A stretch of 64,000 bases of DNA from Flavobacteriales bacterium. GTDB lineage: Bacteria > Bacteroidota > Bacteroidia > Flavobacteriales_D > Sanyastnellaceae. Below the pieces are notes generated by a model. It did no database searches, was not told the DNA's origin, and saw only the letters and a list, made by a program, of their open reading frames with translations. The stretch is from contig JAWKNK010000002.1 of assembly GCA_041391745.1 (NCBI GenBank), forward strand, positions 203,576 through 267,575. The letters are read 5' to 3'. Below, one piece after another: positions 25,917 through 35,637 of this stretch. A program made the position numbers and the translations under genes. Each line of letters opens with the position of its first letter. Positions within the stretch are counted from its first letter, which is position 1.

Positions 25917-26900
25917 TTAGATTTTTGCTAGTTCACCTTTGAGGTAGATAATCGCTGGGATAGCCACTGGATCTTCGTTTTTCAACTCCGCCAAGTGAAT
26001 GCTCAACCAGTCACCTACATGGTTCAAATAGAAAGTACGCTCCACGCGATTGCTTCCCTTCGACCAAATTTCAATAATCGTATCGCACTTCTCACCCATC
26101 AACTTTTTACAAAGTTCCATGCGTACTTGTGATCGTTTGTGATCATCTTCATTGCGAAGCATCAACACAGCAACGCGATTGTCGCCACCAGTCCAACCTA
26201 CCAGTTCGTTGTGGTTCATTTCTGGGAACACGTGGTGCCAACATAGCATTTTGCTATTCTCATTGATTTGCTGTCTCCAACGAATAGCAATGCCTTCGTA
26301 TTGAGCTTCTGCATATAGAATTGGAATGCGACTCACAATTTGATCTGCAATGGCCTTTGTGCTCGACTGGATTTCTGCAGCGTCTGCCTCCAATAGAGTA
26401 ATTACGTTTTCAAGTGAAGCTTCAAATGAATTATCGATTAAGCCATAAGCATTCAACACATAAAATTGCTGAACCGCGCTGTAACCAAACATCGCACGTG
26501 GAGGATTTCCTCCAGGAATGATGATACAGTTCAATCCGAATTCTTTGGCAAAACCTGCGATTTTACCACCGCTAGTAATACATGCAATCTCAGCACCTTT
26601 TTCGCGTGCCTCGTGGAAAGCTGCTACTGTTTCTTCAGTATCACCGCTATAACTACTGATGATTACCAAAGTGTCCTGATTTACAAATCCTGGAAGTACA
26701 TAGTCATTGGTACAGATGATTGGAAGCGCGCATGTCTCACCAACAAGTTGAGACACGATTTTACCACCAATTCCTGATCCACCAAGACCAGAGATAACAA
26801 TATTCTTATAAGTTCTATTCGGAATGTTGAATTGCGCAGCACGACCAATTTTAATGGCCTCACGCAAATGTGTTGGAAAAGCTTCTACTAATGCTTTCAT
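25917..26900 (-). CDS. Bifunctional phosphoglucose/phosphomannose isomerase (SIS domain, PGI/PMI family)
   Basis: 327 aa: ...NIVISGLGGSGIGGKIVSQL...LVIISSYSGDTEETV... with the two SIS domains characteristic of archaeal-type PGI/PMI. Confidence 0.7.
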   Translation of the reverse strand: MKALVEAFPTHLREAIKIGRAAQFNIPNRTYKNIVISGLGGSGIGGKIVSQLVGETCALPIICTNDYVLPGFVNQDTLVIISSYSGDTEETVAAFHEAREKGAEIACITSGGKIAGFAKEFGLNCIIIPGGNPPRAMFGYSAVQQFYVLNAYGLIDNSFEASLENVITLLEADAAEIQSSTKAIADQIVSRIPILYAEAQYEGIAIRWRQQINENSKMLCWHHVFPEMNHNELVGWTGGDNRVAVLMLRNEDDHKRSQVRMELCKKLMGEKCDTIIEIWSKGSNRVERTFYLNHVGDWLSIHLAELKNEDPVAIPAIIYLKGELAKI

Positions 26901-26982
26901 TTTAATTATGATTTTGAGACAAATATAGGAGGATATGGCATATACAAAAAACTAAGTGTATTTTTTACACTTAGTTAATATT

Positions 26983-27016
26983 TGAAAAGAAAAAGTCCCG
27001 TCGCAAAACGGGACTT
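26983..27016 (-). terminator. Intrinsic terminator for the DUF3108-like gene. A second palindromic hairpin lies at 26951-26977.
   Basis: - strand: GTCCCGTTTTGCGACGGGAC then TTTTTCTTTTC. The second hairpin is AACTAAGTGT-atttttt-ACACTTAGTT. Confidence 0.6.
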
Positions 27017-27036
27017 CCTCTATAAAAGTGATGAGC

Positions 27037-27858
27037 TTACTTAACCAAGGCCACAGTGTTTGCGAGGCCTTCGTAAGATTGTAATTCCATCTTTATCGAA
27101 CCGACTAAAATTTTTGCTTCGGCAAGGATAGGCAGGTGGTTTTCATCGTCTGTAACCCAGACACTTAGATCTTCTTCTTTCTTAAATACACGACCTTTTT
27201 GCACCACCGGAGCGAAACGGATACACTTGAATTTACCAGCATCCACTTTCACTGTTTCTTTACCTAAATATTTCATTTTCAATGGATAAATCTCCCCATC
27301 TACTATTGTCATAATGGTTATGATGTCTCCTTTCTTTTTCGTAGAATAGTCTATTGTGCGTGCATAGAAGTAGGCGCTAATCATGTCCTGAACAAAGTCT
27401 GGAGTAGCAAATTCTTCGCTTTTCTCGTCCTTATATGCTCGCTTATCTTGGTAGAATGTATAGTCTTGGTTGATTTTGTATCCACCCTCATCTACTTTTC
27501 GAATAAAGCGGTAAGGAAAGACACCTTGCTTATCGATATATGTTTCGTAATGATCACGAACTTTAAAAAACCAGTCAAAAGAACCTAAGCTTTTACCTTT
27601 TCCTACTACGTGATAGGCTTCACGACCACCGAATGTGTATTTACTTTCTTCAACTGAAATTGTAGCTTCACCAGCGTTGATAAAGCCGTAGTGAATGCGG
27701 TAGGTAACCTTTTCACCTGCTTGGAAAGCATTATTAGCCAATGTGCGATAGCCCTTAGAAGTGAGGGTATCTATATCGACTTTTGGTGGCTTTGTTGACT
27801 GAGCAAACAAATGACTCACACCAAAAATCAGAGCGAATATGAGAATGATCTTTTTCAT
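27037..27858 (-). CDS. Secreted hypothetical protein (DUF3108-like beta-rich domain)
   Basis: Signal peptide MKKIILIFALIFGVSHLFAQS. Start set at 27858. The track ORF extends to 27966 without a plausible signal peptide. Confidence 0.5.
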   Translation of the reverse strand: MKKIILIFALIFGVSHLFAQSTKPPKVDIDTLTSKGYRTLANNAFQAGEKVTYRIHYGFINAGEATISVEESKYTFGGREAYHVVGKGKSLGSFDWFFKVRDHYETYIDKQGVFPYRFIRKVDEGGYKINQDYTFYQDKRAYKDEKSEEFATPDFVQDMISAYFYARTIDYSTKKKGDIITIMTIVDGEIYPLKMKYLGKETVKVDAGKFKCIRFAPVVQKGRVFKKEEDLSVWVTDDENHLPILAEAKILVGSIKMELQSYEGLANTVALVK

Positions 27859-27921
27859 GAGTTTTGAATTTCGTATCTCGATAGACAAAAGCCTTGCCAC
27901 AGTTTGAACAACTACCAAGAT

Positions 27922-27950
27922 ATAAAAAAAATCCCGACCGAAGTCGGGAT
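27922..27950 (-). terminator. Intrinsic terminator after the Ig-like T9SS-substrate gene
   Basis: - strand: ATCCCGAC-ttcg-GTCGGGAT followed by TTTTTTTT. Confidence 0.7.
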
Positions 27951-27973
27951 TCAAAATCCAAAACATTCACATA

Positions 27974-29404
27974 CTACTTGACGATAATCAATCGGTCAAA
28001 CTCTACTTTACCATTCTCCAGTGTGCTTTGAAGCATGTACTGTCCAATAGGGAGTTCGCTAAGATCGAGTGATGCGCTCAGCGCGTTTGACTGAACCAAC
28101 TTCACCACTTGACCAATACTATTTATTACTTGTATTGAGTTAATTTTTGAAGGAGCATCAATTCTTACCAATCCATTTGATGGGTTCGGATAAACTGAAA
28201 CGATGTTGTTCGCCAATTCGTTGATGCTTGTATAAACCGCGTTGATTGTGCCAGAAGTTTCACAGCCACTTGGACTTGATGCAGATACTGTGTAAACGCC
28301 AGATGCTTCAATTTCGATTGATTCACCAGTACCCATTAAAATATCATTTAAATACCATTCATAGTTTTCAAAACCCAAAGCTGCAAACAAGGTATTTCCA
28401 TCTTGAACGACAATAATTTCTGGAGTAGGCTCCACGAAAATATTAATAGGGGCTGAACTTGTTCCGCCACACTCATTGTAAGCTGTTACAACATAGATTC
28501 CCGAATTTTGTGGTATTACACCATTCAACGTCAATTCCGGCAATCCTGTGTTAAACACTTCTTGACCATTCAAAGTCCAGTCATATTCTACGATTGTACC
28601 AGAGAAGTATCCGAACATTGTAATGTCGTTTCCGATGCACAGATACTGATCTAAACTTGTTTCTAGAAGCGTCGGTAATGGCATTACATCAAGGGTAAGG
28701 TGGGTTGTAGCAGGACAACCAGATTCCGTTGGAGTTTCATAAGTAAACTCACCTTCTTGGTTGAATGTAAGTCCATCTACAAGATAAGCTTCACCTTGAC
28801 AAATAGAAGCGGTGATGGTAGTCGTCTCGGCTGGCACAACATACACAGTTACCAAATCTGACCAATAAACTCCGCAGTTAGAGAAGATTCCCATTTGATA
28901 AACACCCGCGTCTTCTAAATTACCGCTAAGCATTAATGGAAAACTTGTCCATGGAAAAATTTCACCATCCTTATACCAACTGATGTAATTGAACTCGTTA
29001 ATTTCATTCGGACCGGTAATGGCGGTAGTCACACCTTCACAAACTACGTAAGATGGAGCAAAATTGACATAAGACGTATTGAATTGTACTGTGGCAGTAA
29101 TAGAATTCACCGAACCACATTCGTTCGAAATTTGTACAGAATAAGTGTACACAGCGTCTGGTCCGCCCGTATAAACCAAACTCAAGCTCGACCCTGTTTG
29201 TCCATCCATAGGTTGATTGTCTTCGAACCATTGATACTCTAGAAAGTCTCCAACAACAGCTGGTGCAAGCGTGAAGGTTTCACCATCACACATATACACA
29301 TTTTGAGGAAGATCATAGGTAATGAATGGAGCACATTCATTCTGAGCTGTCGCTGCAAATGCAAGTGCAAACAAAGAAAAAGTTGAAAGTAAATTTTTGA
29401 TCAT
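27974..29404 (-). CDS. Secreted Ig-like/beta-sandwich repeat protein with a T9SS C-terminal sorting domain
   Basis: Signal peptide present. Cys-containing beta-repeat modules. C-terminal ...IVSVYPNPSNGLVRIDAPSKINSIQVINSIGQVVKLVQ...GQYMLQSTLENGKVEFDRLIIVK. Confidence 0.65.
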   Translation of the reverse strand: MIKNLLSTFSLFALAFAATAQNECAPFITYDLPQNVYMCDGETFTLAPAVVGDFLEYQWFEDNQPMDGQTGSSLSLVYTGGPDAVYTYSVQISNECGSVNSITATVQFNTSYVNFAPSYVVCEGVTTAITGPNEINEFNYISWYKDGEIFPWTSFPLMLSGNLEDAGVYQMGIFSNCGVYWSDLVTVYVVPAETTTITASICQGEAYLVDGLTFNQEGEFTYETPTESGCPATTHLTLDVMPLPTLLETSLDQYLCIGNDITMFGYFSGTIVEYDWTLNGQEVFNTGLPELTLNGVIPQNSGIYVVTAYNECGGTSSAPINIFVEPTPEIIVVQDGNTLFAALGFENYEWYLNDILMGTGESIEIEASGVYTVSASSPSGCETSGTINAVYTSINELANNIVSVYPNPSNGLVRIDAPSKINSIQVINSIGQVVKLVQSNALSASLDLSELPIGQYMLQSTLENGKVEFDRLIIVK

Positions 29405-29507
29405 AAAATTGAATTATGCATCAAAACTCTTTCAATCAATTAAAATGACTTTTTCTATTTAGTAGAACAGGGCTGCGACCTAGTGAAACTGGGCTACTTT
29501 TTAATGA

Positions 29508-30218
29508 CTATTTCCATAAGCGCTCTTCGTATCCGAACAACTCACTCATTTTCGCTCTAAGAATTCCTTTTACTTCTTCGATGTCCACCGACCTTCCAAG
29601 TTCAGTGTGCATGCTCGCTACATCTTTATCATCGATGCCGCATGGAACGATGTTTTTAAAGTAATTCAAATCTGTATTGACATTAAAAGCGAAGCCGTGC
29701 ATCGTTACCCAACGACTGCACTTTACCCCAATCGCAGCAATTTTTCTTGCCTTCTTTTCATCCTCAGGGTCTATCCACACACCGGTGAGTCCTTCGATTC
29801 TTCCCGAAGCAATTCCATATTCTTTTAAAGTAAGAATTATAGCTTCTTCCAAGTATCTCAAGTACTTGTGAATATCTGGAAAATAGTGTTCCAAATCAAA
29901 AATGGGATACCCAACGATTTGACCAGGACCATGATAGGTAATATCACCACCACGATTGATCGGGTAGAAAGTTGCATTGGCATTTTTAAGCCCTTCTTCA
30001 TCAAGAAGGAGGTTGGCCAAGTCTCCACTTTTACCAAGGGTATAAACATGAGGGTGCTCCACAAACAAGAGATAATCTTGTGTAGGATTTTCTACGCCAT
30101 CGTTTCGTCGGCGATTATCGAGTTTGATTCCGCAGCTGGCACCGAAGAGTTGTTCTTGAAAGTCCCAACACTCCTTATAGTCCATATTGCCCAAATCCCG
30201 AAAAAGCACCTTATTCAT
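29508..30218 (-). CDS. lipB: Lipoyl(octanoyl) transferase LipB
   Basis: ...NRGGDITYHGPGQIVGYPIFDL...AIGVKCSRWVTMHGFAFNV. Length is 236 aa. Confidence 0.85.
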   Translation of the reverse strand: MNKVLFRDLGNMDYKECWDFQEQLFGASCGIKLDNRRRNDGVENPTQDYLLFVEHPHVYTLGKSGDLANLLLDEEGLKNANATFYPINRGGDITYHGPGQIVGYPIFDLEHYFPDIHKYLRYLEEAIILTLKEYGIASGRIEGLTGVWIDPEDEKKARKIAAIGVKCSRWVTMHGFAFNVNTDLNYFKNIVPCGIDDKDVASMHTELGRSVDIEEVKGILRAKMSELFGYEERLWK

Positions 30219-30237
30219 AGTGCAAATTTACAGCGAA

Positions 30238-31116
30238 TTAAGCCTTAGGTGCAGGTTGATTTACAACCACTTGTGGGAAAGGAATTTCAATACCTTCATT
30301 ATCAAAAGCAATTTTTAAACGCTTTCTCAATTCGCCCGCTGCTCTCCATTGTTCCGAAGATTTCGTTTCGCCCAGAATTTTTACAACTACTGAAGAGTCT
30401 GCAAACTCATCCACACGCAAGAATTGAGGTGGTGATGTGATTACTTCTTTCCATTCGGGATCTTCAGCCAATTCATTTCCAACACGATTCACCACTTCAA
30501 TGACGTGTTCCAATTTTGCGTTGTACGACACTCCGATATTGATGTTGATGCGCGAGAAATACTTGGTCATGTTAGACACTTTGGTAATTTCACCATGAGG
30601 CACGTGATGGACAGTACCATCCAAATCGCGCAAGGTTGTCATGCGAAGGCTGATATCTTCTACCCCTCCACTCACGTCTGCTACACGAATGACATCACCG
30701 ATGCGGTATTGATTTTCTAGAATAATAAAGAACCCTGATATGATATCCTTAATCAGATATTGACCACCAAAACCAACGGCAATACCAATGATACCGGCAC
30801 CAGCAATGATTGGCCCGATTGGTACGCCTAGTTCTTGAAGAATCATAAGAATCACCATCAACCAAAGTACAATGGTGAAAACCCAAGAGAAAATACGAAT
30901 CAATGTGTCCTCTCTTTTCTTTTCTGAAGCTGCAGAAATATGTCTGTCTGTAACTACCGCGATTCGGATGATTTTTTCAATAAAATGATTACCGAGTTTA
31001 TGCACGATAAATGCACCAATGATAATTCCCAGAATTGTAATACCATGACTTAATAACCAAGGAGAGATGACTTCCCACCACTTTTCGAGTGTTTCGTTCA
31101 TAATGAAATTTTTCAT
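30238..31116 (-). CDS. Small-conductance mechanosensitive channel (MscS family)
   Basis: Three TM helices plus the MscS beta-domain: ...IGPIIAGAGIIGIAVGFGGQYLIKDIISGFFIILENQYRIGDVI. Length is 292 aa. Confidence 0.8.
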   Translation of the reverse strand: MKNFIMNETLEKWWEVISPWLLSHGITILGIIIGAFIVHKLGNHFIEKIIRIAVVTDRHISAASEKKREDTLIRIFSWVFTIVLWLMVILMILQELGVPIGPIIAGAGIIGIAVGFGGQYLIKDIISGFFIILENQYRIGDVIRVADVSGGVEDISLRMTTLRDLDGTVHHVPHGEITKVSNMTKYFSRININIGVSYNAKLEHVIEVVNRVGNELAEDPEWKEVITSPPQFLRVDEFADSSVVVKILGETKSSEQWRAAGELRKRLKIAFDNEGIEIPFPQVVVNQPAPKA

Positions 31117-31195
31117 GCCTTAGAACAAGGCAGAATTAATAATACTTGAATTGACGCAAAGATACAAAATTCGAAACCCCTTGTCAAATGAACAG

Positions 31196-31220
31196 AAAAG
31201 GCGCTCTATGAGCGCCTTTT
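31196..31220. terminator. Bidirectional intrinsic terminator between the flotillin operon and mscS
   Basis: AAAAGGCGCTC-tatg-AGCGCCTTTTC. Confidence 0.6.
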
Positions 31221-31243
31221 CAAGTATTTGTAAAACCGAATGT

Positions 31244-32758
31244 TTATTCGGTTTCGTTTGCATCTGTTGTTGGAGTGGTTGTTTCCTTTCCTTCATTCTG
31301 ACCTTTCAAATAAGTTGGAAGGTTTAGACCTGCCATATTGAATAAGTCATTCAATGGTGGAACAGCTTTCATCATTCCGCTTACGAAATTTGCGGTTGAG
31401 CCATTGCCATCAGCGTTGTTTCCAGAATCCCAAACAGTAACTTTATCAATTTTGATATTCTTAACTGCTTCCACTTGTGTTTTAACCAGCTCAGGAAGTT
31501 TTTCAATAAGCAAGAGTTGGAATGCATTTGTAGAATCACCACCAGCAGCCTTAACCACTTGCTCATAACCTTCCGCTTGTTTGGTAAGGATTTCATAAAG
31601 ACCTTTCGCTTCTGCTTCCATCTTTGCATAGATCGCGTCAGCTTCCCCTTTCGCGTTTACGCGAATTCTTTCCGCTTCTGCTTGTGCTTCGATGATGGCT
31701 CTTTGCTTAGCGATTTCCGCAGGTACAACTACGTTTGCGATTTGGGTTGAGCGTTCTCTTTCCGAACGCGCCAATTCCGCCTTTTGTTCTGCTACATAAG
31801 CCGCTTCAAGCGCCAAGGCTTGTTGTACTTTCTCGGCAGCCATTGCAATACGAAGTGCTTCCGCTTCCTTCTCTCTTCTTAATGCTTCGGAAGATGCAAT
31901 AGCAATCTTCGCTTCGTTTTCCCCTTTAATCGCAATCGCATTCGCTTCAGAGGTTTTGATACGCGTATCTCTTTCCGCTTCGGCCTTACCGATAGATTCA
32001 TCTCTACCCGCGGCAGCGATGCTGATTTCTCTGTCTTTTTGCGTAATCGCAATTTTAACGTCACGATCTCTGTGCGTTTCAGCGATAGAGGTGTCCTTTT
32101 CTCTATCAGCCAAAGCCTTTCCTGTTTCCCCGATCTTCTCTTGTTCAGCCACAGAAATCTTAGCTTCGTTGATCGCTTTCGCCGCAGCTTCTTTACCAAG
32201 AGCCTCGATGTAGCCAGATTCGTCCTTGATGTCCGTAACGTTTACGTTAATCAATTTCAACCCGATTTTTTTCAATTCGCTATCGACATTCTTAGAAATA
32301 TTCTCCAAGAATTTATCTCTATCCGAGTTGATTTCTTCGATGGTCATCGTAGCAATTACCAGACGTAATTGACCGAACAAAATATCTTTTGCCAATTCCT
32401 GAATTTGTTCTGAAGACAAACCGAGCAAACGTTCGGCCGCAGTATTCATATTGTCCGCTTCCGTAGAGATGGCAATAGTAAAACGACATGGAACGTCCAC
32501 GCGAATATTCTGCCTGCTCAGTGCATTGGTCAAGTTCGCTTCAATTGAAAGTGGTTTCAAGTCTAGGTATGCATAGTCTTGAATTACGGGCCAAATAAAG
32601 GCACCACCACCATGTATACATTTTGCAGAAGATCCGCCTGTGCGGCCATATACTACAAGTATTTTGTCGGAAGGACATCGCTTATACCTCGCAACAAGTG
32701 CAGAGATTAAGACGAAAAATACAACAGCTCCGACTGCTATAATTAACAACTGATTCAT
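31244..32758 (-). CDS. Flotillin / SPFH (band-7) domain protein
   Basis: N-terminal TM helix, an SPFH domain, and a long A/E/K-rich flotillin coiled-coil. Length is 504 aa. Confidence 0.8.
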   Translation of the reverse strand: MNQLLIIAVGAVVFFVLISALVARYKRCPSDKILVVYGRTGGSSAKCIHGGGAFIWPVIQDYAYLDLKPLSIEANLTNALSRQNIRVDVPCRFTIAISTEADNMNTAAERLLGLSSEQIQELAKDILFGQLRLVIATMTIEEINSDRDKFLENISKNVDSELKKIGLKLINVNVTDIKDESGYIEALGKEAAAKAINEAKISVAEQEKIGETGKALADREKDTSIAETHRDRDVKIAITQKDREISIAAAGRDESIGKAEAERDTRIKTSEANAIAIKGENEAKIAIASSEALRREKEAEALRIAMAAEKVQQALALEAAYVAEQKAELARSERERSTQIANVVVPAEIAKQRAIIEAQAEAERIRVNAKGEADAIYAKMEAEAKGLYEILTKQAEGYEQVVKAAGGDSTNAFQLLLIEKLPELVKTQVEAVKNIKIDKVTVWDSGNNADGNGSTANFVSGMMKAVPPLNDLFNMAGLNLPTYLKGQNEGKETTTPTTDANETE

Positions 32759-32780
32759 AGATAGATTTTGGTTATTTAAA

Positions 32781-33344
32781 TTATAATTTTTCTACAAAAA
32801 GAATTTTATCCACCACAGATTTTACGCGCACCATTGCACTTGTCTCAATTTTCTCTGTATCAGACATGGCGTCCAATTCGTGAGTGCTTCCTCTTACGCT
32901 TATAAGTACTTTTCCTTTTCCTTTCTTTTCTTCAGGAATGGTCAAATACACTTGAGCAGTCAAGCCCACTGTTTCTTCCATGCGGAAAGAATTGTCTTCA
33001 GCCAATTTTGTAAGCTGACGGATAATCACGAAGAAAACTCCGACAAAGAGCACCCCCACCAAAAGTGAAAGTACAATTAGTATCCATTTCGTTTCAATGG
33101 TATCGTAAAACGAAATTCCCATCCAGCTGAATCCGAGCATGAAGTTGATCAAGTTTCTCAAAGAGAAAATTTGAAATCCATGATCGCCGCCAGAAAGGTC
33201 GCCATCAAAATCTGCATCCAGCCCGTCCGTTGCGTCGGCTCCAATAAAGGTCATGATCGACTGGATAATGAAAATTACGCTAGTTGGAATGGCCATGAAC
33301 CAAAAAGTTCGCAACATGGGTTCCATTTCATTAAAGTATTCCAT
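32781..33344 (-). CDS. NfeD-like membrane protein (flotillin partner) with a C-terminal OB fold
   Basis: TM helices plus ...KGKGKVLISVRGSTHELDAMSDTEKIETSAMVRVKSV. It sits immediately upstream of flotillin. Confidence 0.65.
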   Translation of the reverse strand: MEYFNEMEPMLRTFWFMAIPTSVIFIIQSIMTFIGADATDGLDADFDGDLSGGDHGFQIFSLRNLINFMLGFSWMGISFYDTIETKWILIVLSLLVGVLFVGVFFVIIRQLTKLAEDNSFRMEETVGLTAQVYLTIPEEKKGKGKVLISVRGSTHELDAMSDTEKIETSAMVRVKSVVDKILFVEKL

Positions 33345-33429
33345 GGTACTAATTTACATCAAATGCAATGATTTTTAAAGAGAAATCGGATACGCGGTAA
33401 TTTTTATATTTGAATATAACTTTTCGGAA

Positions 33430-34044
33430 ATGGATACTTCGCTAATACTTCATATTATTTCTGGATTCACCGCCCTTGCTAGCGGAACGGCAGCAATGGT
33501 TGTGAAAAAAGGCAATAAAATTCACAAAGCGGCAGGAAAAATTTTCTTCTTTGCGATGCTTGGAGTCGCATTTTCCGGAATGTGGATCAGCTATTTCAAA
33601 AGCAATTTGTTTCTGTTTACCATTTCCATTTTTGCACTCTATCAAAACGTAGCAGGATTTCGTTCTATCAAAAACAAATCGCTTCAACCAAACGCAGTCG
33701 ATTACTTTTTTTTGCTGATTGGTTTCGTGAACGGAGCAATTATGGTTTACACCACCAACATCGTTTTAATTGTGTTTGGCGGAATTCAGTTGATGCTTGT
33801 TCTAGGCGATATACGCACATTTCGAAAGGTGCGCAAGGGAATGATACTTCCGCCATTGTCTTGGCTGCGCCGACATATAGGAATGAAAATAGGAGCTTAC
33901 ATCGCTACAATCACCGCGTTCTTAGTTGTGAATGTCAATAATGTTCAACCGTATTGGGTGGTGTGGTTGGCACCAACCGCTGTGTTTATTCCTTTGATGA
34001 TTTATTGGACTAAAAAACACACACAACCGAAAGTCAGAGCTTAA
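33430..34044 (+). CDS. Hypothetical polytopic membrane protein
   Basis: 204 aa with 5-6 TM helices. Confidence 0.4.
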   Translation: MDTSLILHIISGFTALASGTAAMVVKKGNKIHKAAGKIFFFAMLGVAFSGMWISYFKSNLFLFTISIFALYQNVAGFRSIKNKSLQPNAVDYFFLLIGFVNGAIMVYTTNIVLIVFGGIQLMLVLGDIRTFRKVRKGMILPPLSWLRRHIGMKIGAYIATITAFLVVNVNNVQPYWVVWLAPTAVFIPLMIYWTKKHTQPKVRA

Positions 34045-34505
34045 TCGTTGTGGTAGCTCTCTCCTTTTAAAATGGTATAGGAGCGATAGATTTGTTCGAG
34101 CAAAAACAGACGAATCATTTCGTGTGAAAATGTCATTTTCGAGAAAGAAAGTAATCCATTAGCACGGTCGTACAACTCAGGACTGAAGCCAAAAGCACCA
34201 CCTATCACCAATACCATTTGACGGGTACCCGCATTCATTTTCTTTTGAAAAAAATTAGCCAATTCTCTGGAGGAAGGGTTGTCTCCTTTTTCATCTAGAA
34301 GAAAAACCAAGTCATCGGATTTGATGTGTTTCAAAATCGCTTCACCTTCCTTTTCCTTTTGTCTATCTCTTTCCTTGTAGTGCACATCAGGAATTTCAAT
34401 CAATTCCGTTTTCACGTAATGCTTCAATCTTTTGAAATAAACATCTAACCCTTCCTTGATGTAGGGCGTAGAGGTTTTTCCTATGGCAACTATTTTTATA
34501 TTCAT
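34041..34505 (-). CDS. rlmH: 23S rRNA (pseudouridine1915-N3)-methyltransferase RlmH
   Basis: MNIKIVAIGKT...LVFLLDEKG...MVLVIGGAFGFS. Length is 154 aa. Confidence 0.85.
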   Translation of the reverse strand: MNIKIVAIGKTSTPYIKEGLDVYFKRLKHYVKTELIEIPDVHYKERDRQKEKEGEAILKHIKSDDLVFLLDEKGDNPSSRELANFFQKKMNAGTRQMVLVIGGAFGFSPELYDRANGLLSFSKMTFSHEMIRLFLLEQIYRSYTILKGESYHND

Positions 34506-34541
34506 GAAAAAAAACCGAGCGAATGCTCGGTTTTGATTTTT

Positions 34542-35621
34542 TTATTCTCTGTAATCCTCTTTATCTCTTACATCTTGTCTTTGCAGAGGTTTTGACGCGT
34601 ACTCTTTATACTCTCTTCTCTTCTTGTAAACGTCGCATGCCACGAAAATAGCTGAGCGCAATGAGCCTTCATCTGCCTTTCCCTTTCCTGCGAGATCATA
34701 AGCTGTACCATGGTCTGGAGACGTGCGCACTATTGGTAATCCAGCTGTATAGTTTACTCCATTGTCAAATGCTAACGCTTTGAACGGCGCTAATCCTTGA
34801 TCGTGGTACATGGCTAGCACCGCATCGTACTTTTTATACGCGCCGCTACCAAAGAATCCATCTGCGCCATAGGGACCAAATGTGAGCATTCCATTTTCAG
34901 ATGCTTCTCGAATCGCTGGTGCGATGATTTCCTTTTCTTCTGTGCCCAGCAAGCCATTGTCGCCTGCATGTGGGTTTAAACCTAATACTGCAATTTTTGG
35001 TTTAGGAACTCCGAAGTCTTTCAGAAGACTTTCTTCCATCATCTTCAGTTTCTCCAAAATGCGCTCTTTCGTAATGTTTGCAGCAACATCTTTCAAAGGC
35101 AGATGACCTGTAACAATACCCACTTTCAAAGAGTCGCTCACCAAAAACATCAACACCTTATCGGTTCCAGCAATTTTCGCCAAGTATTCTGTATGTCCTG
35201 GGAAATTGAAATCTTTACTTTGAATCGTGTCTTTGTCAATCGGTGATGTTACTAGTACATCAATCTTGTTTGAAGCTAAATCTTCAGTCGCTTTCTCAAT
35301 GCTTCTAAAAGCAAATTCGCCAGCTTCTTTGCTTGGTTTTCCGATTTCGATGTGGTCTTTAAATTCCTTCCACACGTTTACTAGGTTCACCTTTTTCGGG
35401 TTGGCTTCACTTGCATCATTCACCGAAGTGTATTGAAATTCATCGATGCGACATACTTTTTTATGATGCTTGATGATTTCGGGATGAGCGTAAACTACCG
35501 GAATAATGGAGTCGTGCATGCGTGGATCGGCCAACACTTTCATGATGGTTTCGATACCCACTCCAGCGGGGTCTCCAGAGGTAATACCTACTCTTAATTT
35601 ATCTTCTCTTTTGTCAGACAT
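34542..35621 (-). CDS. pdxA: 4-hydroxythreonine-4-phosphate dehydrogenase PdxA
   Basis: ...GITSGDPAGVGIE...FPGHTEYLA...AGLPIVRTSPDHGTA. Confidence 0.85.
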   Translation of the reverse strand: MSDKREDKLRVGITSGDPAGVGIETIMKVLADPRMHDSIIPVVYAHPEIIKHHKKVCRIDEFQYTSVNDASEANPKKVNLVNVWKEFKDHIEIGKPSKEAGEFAFRSIEKATEDLASNKIDVLVTSPIDKDTIQSKDFNFPGHTEYLAKIAGTDKVLMFLVSDSLKVGIVTGHLPLKDVAANITKERILEKLKMMEESLLKDFGVPKPKIAVLGLNPHAGDNGLLGTEEKEIIAPAIREASENGMLTFGPYGADGFFGSGAYKKYDAVLAMYHDQGLAPFKALAFDNGVNYTAGLPIVRTSPDHGTAYDLAGKGKADEGSLRSAIFVACDVYKKRREYKEYASKPLQRQDVRDKEDYRE

Positions 35622-35637
35622 AAATCAACTGCGAATT